DNA from: an uncultured Acidobacteriota bacterium
GTDB lineage: Bacteria > Acidobacteriota > Vicinamibacteria > Fen-336
NCBI GenBank assembly: GCA_963720545.1
Contig: OY970399.1
Location: 3,936,001-4,000,000, forward strand
Direction of reading: 5' to 3'
Length of the DNA: 64,000 bases
Positions 55,783 through 64,000 of the stretch are shown in pieces. Position 1 is the first letter of the stretch; each line of letters opens with the position of its first letter. Below the pieces are notes generated by a model. That model ran no database searches. It was not told the origin of the DNA and saw only the letters and a list, made by a program, of their open reading frames with translations. Made by a program: the position numbers and the translations under genes.

Positions 55783-56760
55783 GTGAGCGAGCTGCGCAAG
55801 GACGCACGCATCTTCGTCGCCGGCCACCGCGGCCTCGTCGGCTCGTCGGTGGTCCGCAAGCTCGCGCAGGACAGCTTCAGCGAAGTCCTCACCGCCACCC
55901 GTGGCGAGCTCGACCTGCGCGACCAGGCCGCGGTGGACGCGTGGTTCCGCGCCAACCGCCCCGAGTACGTGTACCTCGTCGCCGGCACGGTCGGCGGGAT
56001 CCTCGCGAACTCCACGCGGCCCGCCGAGTTCATCTACGACAACATGATGATCCACGCGACCGTGGTGCACGCCGCCCACGTCTACGGCGCCAGGAAGCTG
56101 CTGTACCTCGGCAGCTCGTGCATCTACCCCCGCGACGCGCCGCAGCCGATGAAGGAAGAGGCGTTGCTGTCGGGAGTGCTCGAACCGACGAACGAGCCGT
56201 ACGCTGTCGCCAAGATCGCCGGGATCAAGCTGTGCCAGGCTTACCGCCGCCAGTTCGGCTCGAACTTCATTTCGGCGATGCCGACGAACCTCTACGGTCC
56301 CGGCGACAACTTCGACCTCGCGAGCTCGCACGTGGTGCCGGCGCTGATCCGCAAGTTCCACGACGCGAAGCTGGCCAAAAGCCCGGACGTGACGGTGTGG
56401 GGCACCGGCACGCCGCGCCGCGAATTCCTGCACGTGGACGACCTTGCCGACGCATGCGTCTTCTTGATGGCGAACTACGAAGGCGACCTGCACATGAACG
56501 TCGGCACCGGCGAGGACCTGACGATCCGCGAACTGGCGGACAAGGTCCGCGCGATGGTCTATCCCGAGGCCAAGATCGTCTTCGACGCCTCGAAGCCCGA
56601 CGGCTCCCCCCGCAAGCTCCTCGACGTGGGCCGCCTCCACACCCTCGGCTGGCGCCACCGCGTCACCCTCGACCACGGCATCGCGACCGCCTATGCCTGG
56701 TTCCTCGAGCACCATGACGATGCCCGCGGCATGACCCCGGCCGTCGCCGTCCACACTTGA
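55783..56760 (+). CDS. fcl: GDP-L-fucose synthase
   Basis: GHRGLVGS, GGILAN, LGSSCIYP, YAVAK, PTNLYGP.DNF, REFLHVDD. Confidence 0.96.
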   Translation: MSELRKDARIFVAGHRGLVGSSVVRKLAQDSFSEVLTATRGELDLRDQAAVDAWFRANRPEYVYLVAGTVGGILANSTRPAEFIYDNMMIHATVVHAAHVYGARKLLYLGSSCIYPRDAPQPMKEEALLSGVLEPTNEPYAVAKIAGIKLCQAYRRQFGSNFISAMPTNLYGPGDNFDLASSHVVPALIRKFHDAKLAKSPDVTVWGTGTPRREFLHVDDLADACVFLMANYEGDLHMNVGTGEDLTIRELADKVRAMVYPEAKIVFDASKPDGSPRKLLDVGRLHTLGWRHRVTLDHGIATAYAWFLEHHDDARGMTPAVAVHT

Positions 56761-56776
56761 TCGAGGCCGCGGCTGC

Positions 56777-57379
56777 TCAGTGCTGCGTGGGACGCTGCGG
56801 CTTCATCGGCATCACGCCGAGCTCGAGGAGCCTCTCCGCCGCCGCGCCGCTGCCGGTCCTGAGCCAGCGCTCGTACAGCTGCGGCACCGAATCCGATGCC
56901 GTGGCGTGGGTATGGTCGGCGACTTCCGTTAACACATCGGCGAACTCGTGGAATCGGCGGGCCAGCTCGCCGTACACCTCGGGACCGAAACCGAGCAGCT
57001 GGTCGCGCCGGCTGAGGTGGCCGTAGGCGAAACTGCCGAAGGAGCTGTAGTAACGGGCTTCGGCGCGGCGGCGGGCGAGGCTGTCGGCGAAGAACCCGGA
57101 GACGAACAATGCCGTATCGCCCAGCGCGCGCAATAGCCGGGCGCGGTCGTTGCGCGGCGCGGCGATCGCGCGGGCATAGAGCTCCGCAAGCGGCAGGTCC
57201 GCGGCGCCGGGGTCATCCGTGGCGACGTCGTGGCTGCGCATGCTGCCCGCGAGCAGGTTGACGAGGTAGAACTCGGTAAACGTGGACGCCGAGACCTTCT
57301 GGTGCGCCATGGCACGGATGAGTTCATCGCGAAAGAACTCCGCCGGCGTCTTTTCAAGGAACCGATGTCCCATGACCAC
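56777..57379 (-). CDS. Conserved-looking hypothetical protein (start ATG 57373 or GTG 57379)
   Basis: Helical 200-aa ORF with YLVNLL, LRALGDTALFVSGFFADSL, ELA..F..F.DVL; GGAGG upstream. Confidence 0.75.
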   Translation of the reverse strand: MVMGHRFLEKTPAEFFRDELIRAMAHQKVSASTFTEFYLVNLLAGSMRSHDVATDDPGAADLPLAELYARAIAAPRNDRARLLRALGDTALFVSGFFADSLARRRAEARYYSSFGSFAYGHLSRRDQLLGFGPEVYGELARRFHEFADVLTEVADHTHATASDSVPQLYERWLRTGSGAAAERLLELGVMPMKPQRPTQH

Positions 57380-57678
57380 CCCTCCCGCCCGCTTCTAATG
57401 CACGGATCGTGCTAGCGGTCGGCGGTCGTGTGTGCTGGAACGGCGCACGAATGGAATGAGCGAGTTGCCTCTGAGGCGTGCGCGAACGCACACTGCGATG
57501 GCGACAACAATTGTCAACACCGAGTATCAAAGCTGCCTCAGGTTGTATCGGTTCCCGGACGCGGCCAACTTGGGATCGCCGGCGAGGCTCTGGTGTGCAG
57601 CCCGCGGGTGACGGAGCCGGTACTTCTCGCCGGGTTACTGCGCTGATACATTGAACATCGAGAAGATCGTGATCATTC

Positions 57679-58485
57679 ATGCCTCCTGACCCGAAACCCA
57701 CCCTTGCCGATTCCCACTGTCATATCGACATGGATGCGTTCGATGCGGACCGGGGCGAGGCGGTGGCGCGGGCGCGGGAGGCTGGGGTCGAAAAGATCGT
57801 GGTGGTGGGCTGTGCTACGGGTGCCGGTGGGCATCGGCGCGCGGTCGAGGTGGCCGAGGAGTTCGGGCTGCTGGCGGCGGCGGGGTTTCATCCGCACGAT
57901 GCCAAGGAGGCGACCGAGCCTCTGCTCGACGAGATCGAAGGCTGGGCCGCGGCAGGGCGGATTCGGGCGATTGGCGAAATCGGGCTCGACTTTCACTACA
58001 ACCATTCGCCGGCGGATACTCAGCGGTTGGTGTTCCGCGACCAGATCCGGCGCGCGCGGCGGGCGGGGGTGCCTGTCGTCGTCCATACGCGCGCGGCCGA
58101 TGACGAGACGGCGTCGATCCTCGAGGAAGAAGGCGCAGGAGAAACGGGCGGCGTGATCCACTGCTTCTCGGGCGGGCACTCGCTCGCGCAGCGCGCGCTC
58201 GCGCTCGGGTTCTACCTGTCCTTCTCCGGCATCCTCACGTTTCCGAAGGCCGACGTGATCCGGGAGGTCGCCCGCGAGGCGCCGCTCGATCGCATCCTGG
58301 TCGAGACCGACTCACCGTTTCTCGCCCCGAAGCCTTTCCGCGGCAAGCGAAACGAGCCCGCGTACGTCGTCGAAGTGGCGCGCGCGCTGGCCGAACTGCG
58401 GGGTGTGACGACCTCCGAGATCGCGGCCGCGACGCGGCGGAATCTCGATGCTTTCCTCGCGCCGCGCGTGCCTTCCCGGGTTTGA
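57679..58485 (+). CDS. tatD: TatD family DNase
   Basis: DSHCH, HPH, GEIGLD, HTR, HCFSG, ETDSP.LAP...RGKRNEP. Confidence 0.95.
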   Translation: MPPDPKPTLADSHCHIDMDAFDADRGEAVARAREAGVEKIVVVGCATGAGGHRRAVEVAEEFGLLAAAGFHPHDAKEATEPLLDEIEGWAAAGRIRAIGEIGLDFHYNHSPADTQRLVFRDQIRRARRAGVPVVVHTRAADDETASILEEEGAGETGGVIHCFSGGHSLAQRALALGFYLSFSGILTFPKADVIREVAREAPLDRILVETDSPFLAPKPFRGKRNEPAYVVEVARALAELRGVTTSEIAAATRRNLDAFLAPRVPSRV

Positions 58486-58549
58486 CAAGGCCGCGCGAAT
58501 CCGGCAACGTTGAGCGCGTTTACGTCGCCCCGCGGATCCCTCTAACCCC

Positions 58550-59038
58550 ATGGCAGAGAGTTCTTTCGACATCGTGAGCAAGGTGGACCTCCAGGAGGTC
58601 AAGAACGCCATTGCCCAGGCCATGAAGGAGGTCCAGACCCGCTTCGACCTCAAGGGCAGCCGCGCCAACATCGAGCTGACCGGAGAGGAAATCGTCATCA
58701 GCTCGGCAGACGACTCGAAGATGAAGGCGGTCCGCGACGTCCTCGAGGAACGCTTCGTAAAGCGCAGCGTGCCGCTGAAGTCGCTCACCTACAGTGAAGT
58801 GGAGAAGGCGCTCGGCGCCTCGGCCCGGCAGAAGGTGACGCTGCAGAAGGGCATCCCGTCCGACAAGGCGCGCGAGATCGTCAAGCTCATCAAGGGCTCG
58901 AAGACCAAGGTCCAGGCGTCGATCCAGGGCGACCAGCTGCGCGTCACCGGCAAGAGCCGGGACGACCTGCAGTCGGTCATGGCCATGCTGCGTGCCGCCG
59001 ACCTCGGCATCGACATGCAGTTCACCAACTACAAGTAA
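58550..59038 (+). CDS. yajQ: YajQ family nucleotide (c-di-GMP) binding protein
   Basis: SFDIVSKVDLQEV.NA, RFDLKGS, KVQASIQGDQLRVTGKSRDDLQ, QFTNY. Confidence 0.96.
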   Translation: MAESSFDIVSKVDLQEVKNAIAQAMKEVQTRFDLKGSRANIELTGEEIVISSADDSKMKAVRDVLEERFVKRSVPLKSLTYSEVEKALGASARQKVTLQKGIPSDKAREIVKLIKGSKTKVQASIQGDQLRVTGKSRDDLQSVMAMLRAADLGIDMQFTNYK

Positions 59039-59042
59039 CGCC

Positions 59043-60050
59043 GTGGCCACCGTAGACCCTACCCGCAAGACTCTCGTCCCGCTGAAGGAGATCCTCGGCC
59101 TGGTGGCGGACGACCTCGTCAAGGTAGAAGCGCTCTTCGAGGAGCAGTGCCGCTCCGACGTCAAGCTGGTGGCGGAGATCGGCCGCTACATCCGCGAAGG
59201 CGGCGGCAAGCGCATCCGGCCGGCGCTGTTGCTGCTCGCGTGCCGCGCCTGCGGCTATCAGGGCGACCGCGCCATCCTGCTGGCGGCAGTCGTCGAGTTC
59301 ATCCACACCGCGACGCTGCTGCACGACGACATCATCGACCAGGCCGACCTGCGCCGCGGCCGGCGCAGCGTCAACAGCCGCTGGGGCAACGACATGACCG
59401 TCCTGCTCGGCGACTTCCTCTACACCAAGTCGATGGCCATGGCGCTGTCGCAGGACAACCTCCCGGTATTGCGCCTGCTCTCCGACGTGACGCTGCGGAT
59501 GATCGAGGGCGAGATCCTCGAGATCGAGCGCAACGGCGACCTGCAGACGACCGAACCCGACCACATCGACATCATCAACCGCAAGACCGCCGACCTGTTT
59601 GCGGCCTGCACCCGCATCGGCGCCATCCTCGGCGGTGTCGACCGCCGCAAGGAGGAGGCGCTCGGGCGTTACGGCTCGAACCTCGGCGTGTGCTTCCAGA
59701 TGGTGGACGACCTGCTCGACTTCACCGCGGACGAAAAGGCGCTCGGCAAGCCTGTGCTCTCCGACCTGCGCGAGGGCAAGCTGACGCTGCCGGCGATCTT
59801 CGCGCTGCGCGCGGGCGGACCGGCGGGCGTCGCCAAGGTGTCGCAGGTGCTGGCCGACCGCGGCTTCACGCGCGTCACCCGCGAGGAAATCGTGGCGCTG
59901 GCGCGCGAGTGCGGGGCCCTCGACGAGTCGCGGCGCATGGCCGAGGAGTACGCCGAGGCGGCGCGCCACGACCTCGACGTCTTCGAGTTCTCGCCGTATC
60001 GCGAGGCGCTCGCGTCGCTTCCCGATTTCATCCTCGCCCGCGACCGCTGA
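59043..60050 (+). CDS. Polyprenyl (octaprenyl-type) diphosphate synthase
   Basis: GTG 59043; GGKRIRP, LLHDDIID...RRG, FQMVDDLLD, DLREGKLTLP. Confidence 0.94.
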   Translation: MATVDPTRKTLVPLKEILGLVADDLVKVEALFEEQCRSDVKLVAEIGRYIREGGGKRIRPALLLLACRACGYQGDRAILLAAVVEFIHTATLLHDDIIDQADLRRGRRSVNSRWGNDMTVLLGDFLYTKSMAMALSQDNLPVLRLLSDVTLRMIEGEILEIERNGDLQTTEPDHIDIINRKTADLFAACTRIGAILGGVDRRKEEALGRYGSNLGVCFQMVDDLLDFTADEKALGKPVLSDLREGKLTLPAIFALRAGGPAGVAKVSQVLADRGFTRVTREEIVALARECGALDESRRMAEEYAEAARHDLDVFEFSPYREALASLPDFILARDR

Positions 60051-60075
60051 GCGTGGACGGGCGGCCCGAGGCGCC

Positions 60076-62534
<2,459 letters not shown>

Positions 62535-62556
62535 CGCCGACTATACTCACGGGCTG

Positions 62557-63993
62557 ATGCCGCGCACCGCACTCGCCGTGGCCGCCCTCATCGTGGCGGT
62601 AGCCTTCGGAGCCATCGGCTTCCTGGTCGGCACCCGCCGCGCCGAGACCCGGCATCCGGTGGCGCCGCCGCAGGAGCGGCCGTTCAGCGCTCCGTCATTC
62701 GCGGACATCGTGCAGCGGGTCAATCACTCGGTGGTGCAGGTGAGCGTGCCGCACGGCCGGCGCCTGCCGCCGGCGGTTGAGAGCGGCGAGGAAGGCGACA
62801 CCGTGCGCGACGAAGGCTCGGGCTTCGTCATCGACGACCAGGGACACATCCTGACCAACCAGCACCTGGTGGCCGGCGCCGACCGCATCAAGGTGCGGCT
62901 CGCGGACAAGCGCGAGCTGGTGGCGACGCTGGTCGGCGCCGACGAGAGCACCGACGTCGCCGTGATCCGCGTCGACTCGGCCGAACTGCAGCCGATACCG
63001 CTCGGCGACTCCGACGAACTGCGCGTTGGCGACTGGGTCTGCGCCATCGGCAACCCGTACTCGTTCGAGCACACGGTCACCGCCGGCGTCGTGTCGTCGA
63101 AGGGCCGCAAGATCTTCGACGACGCCTTCGACGACTACATCCAGACGGACGCCGCCATCAATCCCGGGAATTCCGGCGGACCGCTCCTGAACCTGCAGGG
63201 CGAGGCGGTCGGCATGAACGCCGCGGTCAGCCTCGAAGGCGAGGGTATCGGCTTCGCGGTGCCCATCAACGTGGCGCGCGAGATCCTGGCGCAGATCCTG
63301 CGCAACGGCCGCGTCTCGCGCGGCGACCTCGGCATCCGCGTGCGCGACCTCGAACCCGACCTGCGCGACCTGGTGAAGGCGCCGGCCGAGTTGGGCAGCC
63401 TGGTGGTGGAGGTGCTGCCGGGATCCGCCGGTGAGAAAGCCGGCCTGCGCCGCTACGACGTGGTCACCGCGGTGTCGGGCCAGGCGATCGAGCGCAGCGA
63501 CGACTTCACGCGCGCCGTTTCGGCGCTGGCGCCCGGGACCGAGGTTGCCGTTGCCTACCTGCGCGACGGAACCGCGGCAACCGCCAAGGCCGTCATCACC
63601 GATCGGCCCCGGGATGCGCCGCTCGGTGTGCTCAGCCCGTCGCCAGTGCCGCCGCGGCCCGGACCGGTGGATGTGCTCGGGCTGGTGGTCGTCGATGCGC
63701 GCCCGCCGAAGAAAGGCGCGCCGCCGGCGCCGCACGGCGTCGTGATCCGCGAGATCGAGAGTTCCTCCGCGGGCGCCGACCTGCTGGAGCGCGGCGACGT
63801 GATCATCGACGTGAACCGCCAGCCGACTCCGGATGCGGTGGCCTACAGGAAGATCATCGGCGCCTTCGATGCCGATTCGGTCGCGTGGCTGCTGGTGCGG
63901 CGTCCATCCACCGGCGACGTGTTCCTCACGCGGCTCGATTCGGAGATGCCGGAAGAAGTTCCGCAGGCGGCTGCCGCAGCGAGCCGGAAATGA
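62557..63993 (+). CDS. HtrA/DegP-like trypsin-family serine protease with two PDZ domains
   Basis: N-terminal TM; GSGF, TNQH, TDVAVI, QTDAAINPGNSGG; PDZ repeats. Confidence 0.95.
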   Translation: MPRTALAVAALIVAVAFGAIGFLVGTRRAETRHPVAPPQERPFSAPSFADIVQRVNHSVVQVSVPHGRRLPPAVESGEEGDTVRDEGSGFVIDDQGHILTNQHLVAGADRIKVRLADKRELVATLVGADESTDVAVIRVDSAELQPIPLGDSDELRVGDWVCAIGNPYSFEHTVTAGVVSSKGRKIFDDAFDDYIQTDAAINPGNSGGPLLNLQGEAVGMNAAVSLEGEGIGFAVPINVAREILAQILRNGRVSRGDLGIRVRDLEPDLRDLVKAPAELGSLVVEVLPGSAGEKAGLRRYDVVTAVSGQAIERSDDFTRAVSALAPGTEVAVAYLRDGTAATAKAVITDRPRDAPLGVLSPSPVPPRPGPVDVLGLVVVDARPPKKGAPPAPHGVVIREIESSSAGADLLERGDVIIDVNRQPTPDAVAYRKIIGAFDADSVAWLLVRRPSTGDVFLTRLDSEMPEEVPQAAAAASRK

Positions 63994-64000
63994 AGGGGCG

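Noticed and set aside
58482..58510. Sigma70 promoter for yajQ (TTGACA-N17-CAACGT)
   Set aside because: Perfect -35 but poor -10; not enough support to list as a feature.

Overview
Very GC-rich bacterial chromosomal window made mostly of housekeeping genes. The gene types (Oar-like TonB receptor, sdhCAB with a single large anchor, CadC-type winged-helix proteins, large sulfatase-fold proteins) suggest Acidobacteriota, possibly Vicinamibacteria; this is inference only. Contents: TCA and central metabolism (serA, icd, mdh, sdhCAB, sucCD, ndk, dcd, pruA, dctA), translation and ribosome maturation (hisS, aspS, metG, phoH-ybeY-corC-like-era), DNA metabolism (radC, tatD, ligA), and many secreted hydrolases (GH97, M28, S8, alkaline phosphatase, sulfatase-fold). 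I saw no rRNA, tRNA, CRISPR array, transposase or integrase. Main observations: (1) a membrane-embedded winged-helix one-component regulator sits directly upstream of a triple 11-bp-periodic cre-tag-like repeat and a yjbQ-creD operon, a candidate CreBC-independent envelope-stress module and my best candidate for an undescribed system; (2) a chrB / ornithine-cyclodeaminase-like / chrA cassette splits sdhA from sdhB and leaves a degenerate duplicate of the sdhA 3' end; (3) many genes carry a TANNNT hexamer 4-9 nt before the start codon with no Shine-Dalgarno site, including a symmetric 26-bp bidirectional promoter; (4) a Pho-box-like array lies between phoA and an internally deleted phytase-like gene; (5) a 57-aa small ORF absent from the track and two candidate structured RNAs. 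Clustered frameshifts in sucCD, hisS, aspS and ybeY are most likely assembly errors.
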